Part shown: one piece after another, positions 35,420 through 42,871 of the stretch
Layout of the letters: every line of letters starts with the position of its first letter
How positions within the stretch are numbered: the first letter of the stretch is position 1
DNA from: Spirochaetaceae bacterium
GTDB taxonomy: Bacteria > Spirochaetota > Spirochaetia > SZUA-6 > DRHE01
Length of the DNA: 42,871 nucleotides
Direction of reading: 5' to 3'
NCBI GenBank assembly: GCA_020353535.1
Contig: CP070696.1
Coordinates: forward strand, 4,664,138 to 4,707,008
The notes under the pieces: generated by a model
The model's input: only the letters and a program-made list of their open reading frames with translations
Database searches by the model: none
What the model was told of the DNA's origin: nothing
Made by a program: the position numbers and the translations under genes

Positions 35420-36444
35420 ATATGGACACGAATCAGGTTGGTAAGCCGGTGATCGGAAGCAGGATGAGCAATGAATCTTTCATCACCATGATTATGATGG
35501 GTGTGCTGTTTTTGCTGTTCGGCATCGCCTGCATAGTGGTGCCCAACTTTTATAAACCCCGGAACATGCTCAACCTGCTAACGAACAACTGGTATCTCAT
35601 TATCATAGGGATCGGAGTCTCCTTTCTCCTGATCACGGGAAACTTCGATATGTCGGTAGGCGGGAACATCGCCATGACAGGCGTGCTTTCCGTCTATTTC
35701 TGTCAGGCGGCCAACGTGTCGGAGAATGTGCTGGCCAACGGCCTGGGATTGCCATACGCCGTGGCCGTTCTGATGGCCTTGCTGTGCGCTATGGGTATAG
35801 GAGGCATCAACGCCTTTTTCGTAGCCAGATTAAAAGTTCCCTCCATTATCATAACCCTGGGCACGATGATGCTCGGGCGCGGGATCGCCCAGGTCGTTAC
35901 CAGGGGCGCACAGCGTAACACCAGTCTGCCGGACGTCTTTGGTGTCATCGGCAACATTTCCATTAAAGGTACGCCTATCAAGGTATCCGTGGTGATCATG
36001 GTCTGTCTTGTTATCGCGGCCTTCATCTTCGAAAAAAATACCGTGCCCGGTCGGCGCACCTACCTCATCGGAGCCAATAAAGAGGCCGCCCGGCTCTCGG
36101 GAATCAAGGTGGTGAGGCATCTCACCTTTCTGTACCTGACCAGCGCTCTTCTGGCAGGGGTCACGGGAATCCTTTTGGCCTCCGAGTTCAAGGCGGGGGT
36201 GTCCAGCCGCGCGACCGGATACGAGTTCGACGCCCTGGTGATCTCCCTTCTCGGGGGGGTGAGCATTGCAGGGGGATTCGGGTCCGTTCTGGGGATGTTT
36301 GTCGGCGCCATCATTCTTTCAGTCATGACCTCGTCGGCCACCGGACTTCTCCTGTCGCCGAACTGGCAGTTCACCCTCAAGGGTGTGGCCACGCTGATCG
36401 CGATTCTCGCCCAGCGCTTCGCTTTGGATAGGAGGAGGGGATAG
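35416..36444 (+). CDS. Sugar ABC transporter permease
   Basis: GNFDMSVG, GANKEAARLSGI and LLGGVSIAGG motifs. Confidence 0.92.
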   Translation: MNMDTNQVGKPVIGSRMSNESFITMIMMGVLFLLFGIACIVVPNFYKPRNMLNLLTNNWYLIIIGIGVSFLLITGNFDMSVGGNIAMTGVLSVYFCQAANVSENVLANGLGLPYAVAVLMALLCAMGIGGINAFFVARLKVPSIIITLGTMMLGRGIAQVVTRGAQRNTSLPDVFGVIGNISIKGTPIKVSVVIMVCLVIAAFIFEKNTVPGRRTYLIGANKEAARLSGIKVVRHLTFLYLTSALLAGVTGILLASEFKAGVSSRATGYEFDALVISLLGGVSIAGGFGSVLGMFVGAIILSVMTSSATGLLLSPNWQFTLKGVATLIAILAQRFALDRRRG

Positions 36445-36515
36445 CTTTGGCTTTTTTGAAAACCGTGCTGTCAATAGGAAACGGGATAGGGATACCCGGA
36501 TTGGAGAAAAGGGAA

Positions 36516-37553
36516 ATGAAAACTTCTGGAGACGACTTAGTGCAGGCACCGCTGGATCGAGCCAGTGCGGTGCGGGCGAACATCAAGAAGTTCTACATCT
36601 ACGTGGTGCTTCTCGTTATCGTGATCATCTTCAGCGTAGTGAAGCTGGGACAGGTCCAGATGTTCGGGCGGGGACACTTCTTGAGCCCCGACAGCATCAT
36701 CGTTCTGTTGCGTGCCGCCGTACCCATTCTTACGCTGAGCGGGGCCTTTACACTCCTGATGATCTCCGGCCATATCGACCTGTCCGTCGGCAGCGCCATG
36801 AGTTTGACTGCCGTGGTGTTCGCTCTCATGGTCCGCGAGGGCTTTTCCCTGCTGCCCGCCCTGGTCCTGGCCCTGATTGTGGGGATTGCCATGGGCTTTC
36901 TCAATGGCCTGCTGGTTGTGAAAATGCGGATCACCCCTGTGATCGGGACACTCGTCACCTTGAACCTGTTCAAGGGAATAGCGCTGCTCATCGTACCGGC
37001 CGGGCTGTCGGCCATTAAAAGTAGTGTCGAGAAGCCGATGCCGGCCTGGATCAACAACTACGCCCGCAAGGATGTGTTCCTGGGCCTGCCCTGGGCCTTT
37101 TACGTTGCCCTGGCCGTGATCGCGATGCTGATCATCCTGCAGAGAAAGACGATCCTGGGGAAATATGCAGCTGCAATCGGTGGTAACCGCACAGCGGCGG
37201 AGCTCTCCGGGATCAACGTCGTGAAGATGGCCTGGATTCTTTACATCATTGTAGGATTTTTCGCCGCTGCGGCGGGAATAGCTCGAGCCAGCTACATGTC
37301 GCTGGGAGATCCGCTTTCCGGCGACGGCATGGAGCTGGACAATATCATCGCCGTGCTGTTGGGAGGCACGGCCTTCGCCGGAGGCGAAGGATCGGTGCCG
37401 AAGACGATCGTCGGCGCGCTCATCATCATATGCGTAACCACGGGCCTGATGACCGTTATACCGGCGTTCTGGCAGACCGTTGCCAAGGGCGGCGTGCTCC
37501 TGTTCGCCGTCGTGCTCAACCACGTGCTCGTCAGAGAGAAGGTTCGCTTTTAG
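36516..37553 (+). CDS. Sugar ABC transporter permease
   Basis: GHIDLSVG, GGNRTAAELSGI and LLGGTAFAGG motifs. Start uncertain (ATG 36516 or TTG 36447). Confidence 0.9.
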   Translation: MKTSGDDLVQAPLDRASAVRANIKKFYIYVVLLVIVIIFSVVKLGQVQMFGRGHFLSPDSIIVLLRAAVPILTLSGAFTLLMISGHIDLSVGSAMSLTAVVFALMVREGFSLLPALVLALIVGIAMGFLNGLLVVKMRITPVIGTLVTLNLFKGIALLIVPAGLSAIKSSVEKPMPAWINNYARKDVFLGLPWAFYVALAVIAMLIILQRKTILGKYAAAIGGNRTAAELSGINVVKMAWILYIIVGFFAAAAGIARASYMSLGDPLSGDGMELDNIIAVLLGGTAFAGGEGSVPKTIVGALIIICVTTGLMTVIPAFWQTVAKGGVLLFAVVLNHVLVREKVRF

Positions 37554-37600
37554 AGGATTTTCTTGCCCCGAACGATGAAGATGCTGAAGAGGTGATTGAA

Positions 37601-38860
37601 ATGACGGGTAGAGAACGTATACGGACAGCTCTGGCTCACAGACAGCCCGACCGGGTGCCCCTCGATTTCGGAGGATGCAACCAGACCACCGTGCACGTGG
37701 GGGTGATCGCGCAGCTCCGCGACCACTTCGGTCTGGACAAACGGCCGGTGAAGGTTGAGGAACCCTACACCATGATGGGCCGCCTGGATGAAGACCTGAA
37801 GGCCGCCATGGAAGTGGATGTGGATGCCTTGCTGGGGCTGTCCACCTTTTTCGGTGTGACCCGGGATGAGTGGAAAGACTATACCATGGAGGACGGCTTG
37901 CAGGTATTGGTGCCCAAACAGTTCAACGTCACCCGTGATAGGGAAGGAAAGATCTATGCCTACCCGGAAGGAGACACCTCCGCACCTCCCAGCGGCGTCA
38001 TGCCCAAGAGGGGTTACTACTTCGATGCCATAATCCGCCAGGATCCCCTGCCGGCCAGCGATGACGACCTGAAATTGGAGGACAACCTGGAGGAGTTCAC
38101 CGAGATCCCCGAGGTGGAGCTTCAGTTCATGGCCTCTCAGTTGGCTGAAAACCGCAAGAGCCGCCGCGCCCTGTTTGGGGTCGTACCCGGAGCCGGACTG
38201 GGAGATATTGCCTGTGTACCCGCACCCTGGATGAAACACCCCAGGGGCATCAGGGACATCACCGAATGGTATATCTCCACCGCAACCCGCCGGGAATTCC
38301 TGCACCGGCTGTTCGACCGCCAGACCGACATTGTAATTCACAATCTCGAGAAGATCCGCACGGTAATCGGTGACGAAATGGACGTGGCCTGGGTCTGCGG
38401 CACGGACTTCGGAACCCAGAGTTCAACCTTCTGTTCCCCGGAAACCTACACGGAGCTCTACCAGCCCTACTATCTGAAAGTCAACAACTGGATCCACAAA
38501 CACACCAGATGGAAGACCTTCAAGCACTGCTGCGGTTCGATTACGACCCTAATGGAAGGATTCATCGCCTCGGGTTTCGACATCATCAACCCGGTTCAGT
38601 GGACCGCGGCCAACATGGACATGAAGATGCTCAAAGAGCGCTTCGGAAAACGCATCGTTTTTTGGGGCGGAGGGGTGGACACTCAGAAGACTCTACCCTT
38701 CGGCACACCCGAGCAGGTGCGGGAGGAGGTTTTGAGGGCTTGTGAAGTCTTCGCTCCCGGTGGAGGCTTCGTGTTCAATACTGTCCACAATATTCAGGCA
38801 AAAACTCCGATTGAAAACGTGATCGCCATGCTCGAGGCTGTCGCAGAGTTCAACGGATAA
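37601..38860 (+). CDS. Uroporphyrinogen decarboxylase / MtaA-CmuA-like (URO-D fold) protein
   Basis: MTGRERI..AL.H..PDRVP, TDFGTQ, KHCCGS, FWGGGVDTQ..LPFGTPE and GGFVFNTVHNIQ motifs. ATG 37601 follows GAGGTG. Confidence 0.85.
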   Translation: MTGRERIRTALAHRQPDRVPLDFGGCNQTTVHVGVIAQLRDHFGLDKRPVKVEEPYTMMGRLDEDLKAAMEVDVDALLGLSTFFGVTRDEWKDYTMEDGLQVLVPKQFNVTRDREGKIYAYPEGDTSAPPSGVMPKRGYYFDAIIRQDPLPASDDDLKLEDNLEEFTEIPEVELQFMASQLAENRKSRRALFGVVPGAGLGDIACVPAPWMKHPRGIRDITEWYISTATRREFLHRLFDRQTDIVIHNLEKIRTVIGDEMDVAWVCGTDFGTQSSTFCSPETYTELYQPYYLKVNNWIHKHTRWKTFKHCCGSITTLMEGFIASGFDIINPVQWTAANMDMKMLKERFGKRIVFWGGGVDTQKTLPFGTPEQVREEVLRACEVFAPGGGFVFNTVHNIQAKTPIENVIAMLEAVAEFNG

Positions 38861-38909
38861 AACACAGAGAAAACGAGACAAGGAAATACACTAAGGGAGA
38901 AGAAAACAA

Positions 38910-40076
38910 ATGATCAAGGACTTTATGTACTACAATCCGGTCAAGCTGGTCTTCGGAGAAGGAAAACTTGAGGAAGCGGGCAAATGGGCCAAGGAGTACG
39001 GCAAGAAGGCGGTCATCGTCACCACCGGAACGCTGTTCAAGGAAAGTGGGCTGGTGGATCGCCTGCAGAAGATCCTGAAAGACAGCGGGGTGGACTCGAT
39101 TTATTACCCCGACGTCGATGCCAATCCGTTGAACACCCAGATCGACAAAGGTGCCGAGACCGCCCGAGCCAAGGGCTGCGACCTGGTCATCGGTTTGGGA
39201 GGCGGCAGCGCCATCGACGCGGCCAAGGGAATGGCGATCGTGCTGGGGCACAAACGCCCGATCTGGGATTTCTGCATCGGAGCCGATGCTGCAGCCATTA
39301 CTGTCAAGACCTACCCGATCATCGCCATAACCACCACCTCCGGTACGGGCAGCGAGTGCACCCAGTGGTCGGTGATCACCAATCCCGACACTGAGGAGAA
39401 ACCCGGAATCGGTTCCGACTACACCTTCGCCAAAGTGGCGATCGTGGATCCCGAGCTGATGGTATCCATGCCCCCGAAGATCACAGCCTCCACCGGCTTC
39501 GATACACTGGCCCACTCCATCGAGGCTTACACCGCAGATCTGGCCACTCCCATAACGGACATGGGCTGCGAGCAGGCCATCCGCCTGGTGGGCCGCTACC
39601 TGCGGCGTGTGGTGAAGAATGGGGAAGACCGGGAGGCGCGCAATGCCATGGCTTATGCCAATTCCCTGGCGGGCATTGGCATCTCTGTCGGTATCGTGAC
39701 CGTTTGCCACGGCCTGGCGCATTCGATCGGCGGCCTGACCGGATCGACACACGGCGAGACTCTGGCGGCCATGACTCCGCACACCATGCGCTTTTCCATG
39801 AAGGCCTTCCCGGATAAGTTTCGAAAAATCGCCATGTTTCTGCGCGACGAGTGCGGGCTGCCCGAGAACTACTCATTGGAGGACAGCATCAAGGAAGTCG
39901 AGGATCTTATCCGAGATATCGGGCTGGGAGCGCCGCTGTCCCAGCAGGGGCTGAAGGAAAAGGATATCGAGCGGGCTGCGGACGGCGTGATCCGCTATAT
40001 GGGTGGTTCGATCACCAACGATCCGGCCACGCCGTCCCGGGAAGACCTGATAGGGATCATCCGCAAAGCGTTCTGA
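38910..40076 (+). CDS. Iron-containing alcohol dehydrogenase
   Basis: GGGSAIDAAK, TTSGTGSE, and DTLAH...CHGLAH...THG ligands. Confidence 0.92.
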   Translation: MIKDFMYYNPVKLVFGEGKLEEAGKWAKEYGKKAVIVTTGTLFKESGLVDRLQKILKDSGVDSIYYPDVDANPLNTQIDKGAETARAKGCDLVIGLGGGSAIDAAKGMAIVLGHKRPIWDFCIGADAAAITVKTYPIIAITTTSGTGSECTQWSVITNPDTEEKPGIGSDYTFAKVAIVDPELMVSMPPKITASTGFDTLAHSIEAYTADLATPITDMGCEQAIRLVGRYLRRVVKNGEDREARNAMAYANSLAGIGISVGIVTVCHGLAHSIGGLTGSTHGETLAAMTPHTMRFSMKAFPDKFRKIAMFLRDECGLPENYSLEDSIKEVEDLIRDIGLGAPLSQQGLKEKDIERAADGVIRYMGGSITNDPATPSREDLIGIIRKAF

Positions 40077-40158
40077 ACCAAGAGGTAACGGGCGTAGTGA
40101 ATGGCGAGCACCGGAACGCGCCATGCAAGAGCCACAGTTTCGTCGTGAGGGGGATTGA

Positions 40159-40929
40159 ATGGGCGACACCAAATACGATTTCACGGGAAAAACCGCGATC
40201 ATAACCGGAGCCACCAAGGGAATCGGCCGAGACATTGCCTCGAGCTTCGCTCGAGCTGGCTGCGCCCTGGGAATTACAGGCCGCAGTGAGAAGGATCTTC
40301 GGGAACTCGCCGACGAAGCCCGGGGTACAGGCGTGCGCTGTGAAACCTACAAAGCGGATCTTTCCATAGCCGAGGAATGCATTGCCATGGCCGAGCACTT
40401 CGTTTCGTTGTTCCCGGTGATCGATATTCTCGTGAACGATGCAGGCCTGAGCTTCCCGGAGAAACTGATCGATCTGGATGTCGCACACTGGGATACGACC
40501 CTGGCCGTCAATCTTCGAGCCCCGGCTCTTATAAGCAAGGTCATCGCTAAGAAGATGATCGCCCGGGGACATGGTGCGATCATCAACGTCTCCAGCAATG
40601 CCAGCCTGGCCGGGATAGAGGAACACGCCGCCTACTGCGCCAGCAAGTTCGGACTGGATGGTCTGACTAAGGTCATGGCCGTGGAGCTGGGACCCTGCGG
40701 CATCCGGGTGAACGCCATTGCCCCCACGGTGGTCCTCACCCCAATGGGCGCTCAGGTCTGGGGGGACCCGAAGAAGGCTGATCCGGTCAAGGCCAAGATC
40801 CCGCTGGGGCGCTTCGCCCAGCCGTCGGAAGTCACCGCGGCGGCTTTTTTCCTGGCTTCAGAGGGAGCCGGCATGATCCACGGTGAAACCCTTGTCATAG
40901 ACGGAGGGGTGAATGCCAAACTCTATTGA
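40159..40929 (+). CDS. SDR oxidoreductase (L-xylulose reductase / threitol dehydrogenase-like)
   Basis: TGATKGIG, EHAAYCASK and RVNAIAPTVVLTPMG, a motif typical of small-polyol/ketose SDRs. Confidence 0.85.
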   Translation: MGDTKYDFTGKTAIITGATKGIGRDIASSFARAGCALGITGRSEKDLRELADEARGTGVRCETYKADLSIAEECIAMAEHFVSLFPVIDILVNDAGLSFPEKLIDLDVAHWDTTLAVNLRAPALISKVIAKKMIARGHGAIINVSSNASLAGIEEHAAYCASKFGLDGLTKVMAVELGPCGIRVNAIAPTVVLTPMGAQVWGDPKKADPVKAKIPLGRFAQPSEVTAAAFFLASEGAGMIHGETLVIDGGVNAKLY

Positions 40930-41659
40930 AGGTAAGGTGGCCATGGTAACCGGAGCGGCCGGAGCCATGGGTCGTGCGGTCGTCCACGCGCTACATCAGG
41001 AGGGAGCCACGCTGGTTATGGTCGACTTGGCCCGGCAGCAGCTCCAGGAACTGGCCTCCGGATTCGGAAAACGAGCGGTGCCGGTGGTTCTGGATGTAAC
41101 CGATCCCCCGGCCATCGAGAGAGAGCTGGAGCGCCTGCGGGATGCTGTGGGCAGCGTCGACATCCTGGTGAACAACGCCGGGATTCTATCCAAAAACAAG
41201 TCCCAGACTACCTCACCGGAGGAATGGCGTAGGGTGGTGGAGATCAACCTGAACGGCATGTTCTATCTCTCCCGGGCGATCATTCCCGGCATGAAAGAGA
41301 AGGGGTGGGGACGGATCGTGAACGTCTCCTCGCTGGCCGCCCAAACCGGCGGCTTGACCGCGGGTACTGCCTACTCCACCTCCAAGGGGGGAGTGATCTC
41401 ATTGACTCGGTCCCTGGCAGCGGAGACCGCACCCTTTGGAATCACGGCCAACGCCATCGCCCCGGCCTACGTGAAGACCCCCATGGTCACCGAACAGCTG
41501 ACCGAGGAGGAACGCCGGGGAATACTCGGGAAGATCCCCGTGGGGCGCTTCTGCGAACCGGAAGAGTTCGCGTACGTCGTGCTCTTCCTGGTCAGCCCTT
41601 TAGCGGGATTTATAACCGGGGATGTGATCAATCTCAACGGGGGATTGTACTTTAATTAG
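40913..41659 (+). CDS. SDR oxidoreductase (FabG-like)
   Basis: TGAAGAMG, NNAG and YSTSKGG motifs; overlaps the upstream SDR by 17 nt. Confidence 0.88.
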   Translation: MPNSIEGKVAMVTGAAGAMGRAVVHALHQEGATLVMVDLARQQLQELASGFGKRAVPVVLDVTDPPAIERELERLRDAVGSVDILVNNAGILSKNKSQTTSPEEWRRVVEINLNGMFYLSRAIIPGMKEKGWGRIVNVSSLAAQTGGLTAGTAYSTSKGGVISLTRSLAAETAPFGITANAIAPAYVKTPMVTEQLTEEERRGILGKIPVGRFCEPEEFAYVVLFLVSPLAGFITGDVINLNGGLYFN

Positions 41660-41693
41660 GGAGATTTATATTTGCAGGCGAGTCCCCCGTCCC

Positions 41694-41767
41694 GCAGATC
41701 CAACAGACGCAGGTCCGGCAGAGCAGGTCCGGCAGAGCAGGTCCAGCATAAACGCGGGTCCGGCATA
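41694..41767 (+). repeat. Degenerate 14-bp tandem repeat (about 5 units, GCAGGTCCGGCAGA)
   Basis: Units at 41694 (GCAGATCCAACAGA), 41709, 41723 (both exact), 41737 (GCAGGTCCAGCATA) and 41754 (GCGGGTCCGGCATA). Confidence 0.85.
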
Positions 41768-41772
41768 CGAAC

Positions 41773-42639
41773 ATGGAAGGTAGTAATAGCAAAACGATGA
41801 CAACGCAACAGAGCAACGGAAAAAAACTCAGCCGCAACTACACCGCTCCGGCGGTGGATCGTGCCCTGGACATTCTCGAGTACATGGCCGATCATCCTCG
41901 TCCCTTCGGCGCAACCGAGCTGTCAAGGATCCTGGGCATCCCGCTGAACTCGGTATTCCGCATCCTCAAGCGCCTGACCGAGCGGGAGTACACGGTCCAG
42001 GATCCGGTATCCGATGGTTATCAGTTGAGTACCCGCGTATTTTCGCTGGGCATGAGTCTGTACACCCGCTTCGAGCTGAGGCAACGGGCCAGGTCTCACC
42101 TGGAGTGGCTCTGCCGGGAGACAGAGGAGACGGTACAGCTGCAGATTCCCCATGGGGAGAAGGTTCTCGTGCTGGACACCGTAAGCCCCGAGGTCTCCTT
42201 CTACCTGCGGGTGGTCCCCGGTAGCCACGTGTACTACCACCCGAATGCCTTCGGCAAGGCCATGCTGGCCTTCATGAGCGAAGAGGAGATCAAGGCGATC
42301 CTGCCCGCCAAGCTGCCCGCCTTGACGCCCCACACCGTGACCTTGCTGCGGCAGCTGCTACTACAGCTGGAAGAAACCCGGCGTACAGGCTTGGCCTACG
42401 ACAACGAGGAATACACAAGCGGCATCGTCTGTATCGGGGCTCCCGTATTCGACGTGCAGGGCAAGGTCGCTGCAGGCTTAGGCATCACCGCCATTGCCAG
42501 CCTGCTCAAACCGAAGCAGCACAGCGCTTTCGAACAGCTGGTCCTGGAATGCGCCGCCAGGGTATCGAAATCCATTGGCTATTCCGGAGATTTCTTCGTC
42601 GACAAGCTCGTTGTCAAGGGATTGGACGGAGAGGCATGA
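41773..42639 (+). CDS. IclR family transcriptional regulator
   Basis: APAVDRALDILE HTH, AFGKAML and G.AYDNEE...CIGAPVFD motifs. Start may be ATG 41797. Confidence 0.93.
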   Translation: MEGSNSKTMTTQQSNGKKLSRNYTAPAVDRALDILEYMADHPRPFGATELSRILGIPLNSVFRILKRLTEREYTVQDPVSDGYQLSTRVFSLGMSLYTRFELRQRARSHLEWLCRETEETVQLQIPHGEKVLVLDTVSPEVSFYLRVVPGSHVYYHPNAFGKAMLAFMSEEEIKAILPAKLPALTPHTVTLLRQLLLQLEETRRTGLAYDNEEYTSGIVCIGAPVFDVQGKVAAGLGITAIASLLKPKQHSAFEQLVLECAARVSKSIGYSGDFFVDKLVVKGLDGEA

Positions 42640-42725
42640 ACGCGCGCACGGAATTGGTGCCATGATGTGTACGGACTGATTGTTAACTATGCTAGCCACC
42701 GACAAAATATTAAAGGAGAGGAACG

Positions 42726-42871
42726 ATGAAGAGTGCGGAAGCAACTGTTAAATCAGCCTATAAGAGCCCGCTTCACCAGATGACCCAGACCACCCCGACC
42801 TGTCTTTGGAACGACAGCGCCTCGGTGCAGGAACTGACCTACGCCATAGAGCACGGAGCGGTGGGTGCCAC
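42726..42871 (+). CDS. Transaldolase family protein, 5' end only
   Basis: MKSAEATVKSAYKSPLHQMTQTTPTCLWNDSASVQELTYAIEHGAVGAT; WNDS...GAVGAT precedes the expected T/C-NP motif. AAGGAGAGG RBS; runs off the window. Confidence 0.75.
   Translation, partial: MKSAEATVKSAYKSPLHQMTQTTPTCLWNDSASVQELTYAIEHGAVGA

Noticed and set aside
41694-41767. Possible mini-CRISPR array
   Set aside because: 14-bp head-to-tail units without unique spacers; no cas genes.

Overview
GC-rich (~60%) bacterial chromosomal window from a probable anaerobe. Spirochaetota is inferred weakly from the 'MKK...AFAGG' leader style of the binding proteins. The window holds two large, separately regulated carbohydrate/polyol catabolic islands either side of a small core block. 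Left edge: 3' end of oadB plus a two-subunit Fe-S hydro-lyase. Island 1 (1769-21763) is divergent around a FadR/GntR regulator. Leftward it has a sugar ABC importer, an Fe-ADH and a ketose 3-epimerase-like TIM barrel. Rightward it has an atypical glycyl radical enzyme (Cys loop DGCWE, Gly loop RLGGL), its ferredoxin-insert activase, a Gfo/Idh/MocA dehydrogenase, two aldehyde:ferredoxin oxidoreductases with MoaD, a ThDP enzyme, an SDR and a second Fe-ADH. Four copies of a FadR-type operator tie the two arms together. This GRE locus is the best candidate for an undescribed system: a putative radical-based anaerobic sugar/polyol pathway. Middle block: vapBC, pepF, an orphan ygeW, a decayed gene fragment and a ferritin-like gene. 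Island 2 (26784 to the end) has an FGGY kinase, E1alpha/E1beta/E2 without E3, an AllA-like cupin, a second sugar ABC importer, a URO-D-like protein, an Fe-ADH, two SDRs, IclR and a truncated transaldolase. A 19-bp motif recurs at three of its promoters. No rRNA, tRNA, CRISPR array or IS element was recognised. All family calls come from motif recognition by eye; no database search was run.
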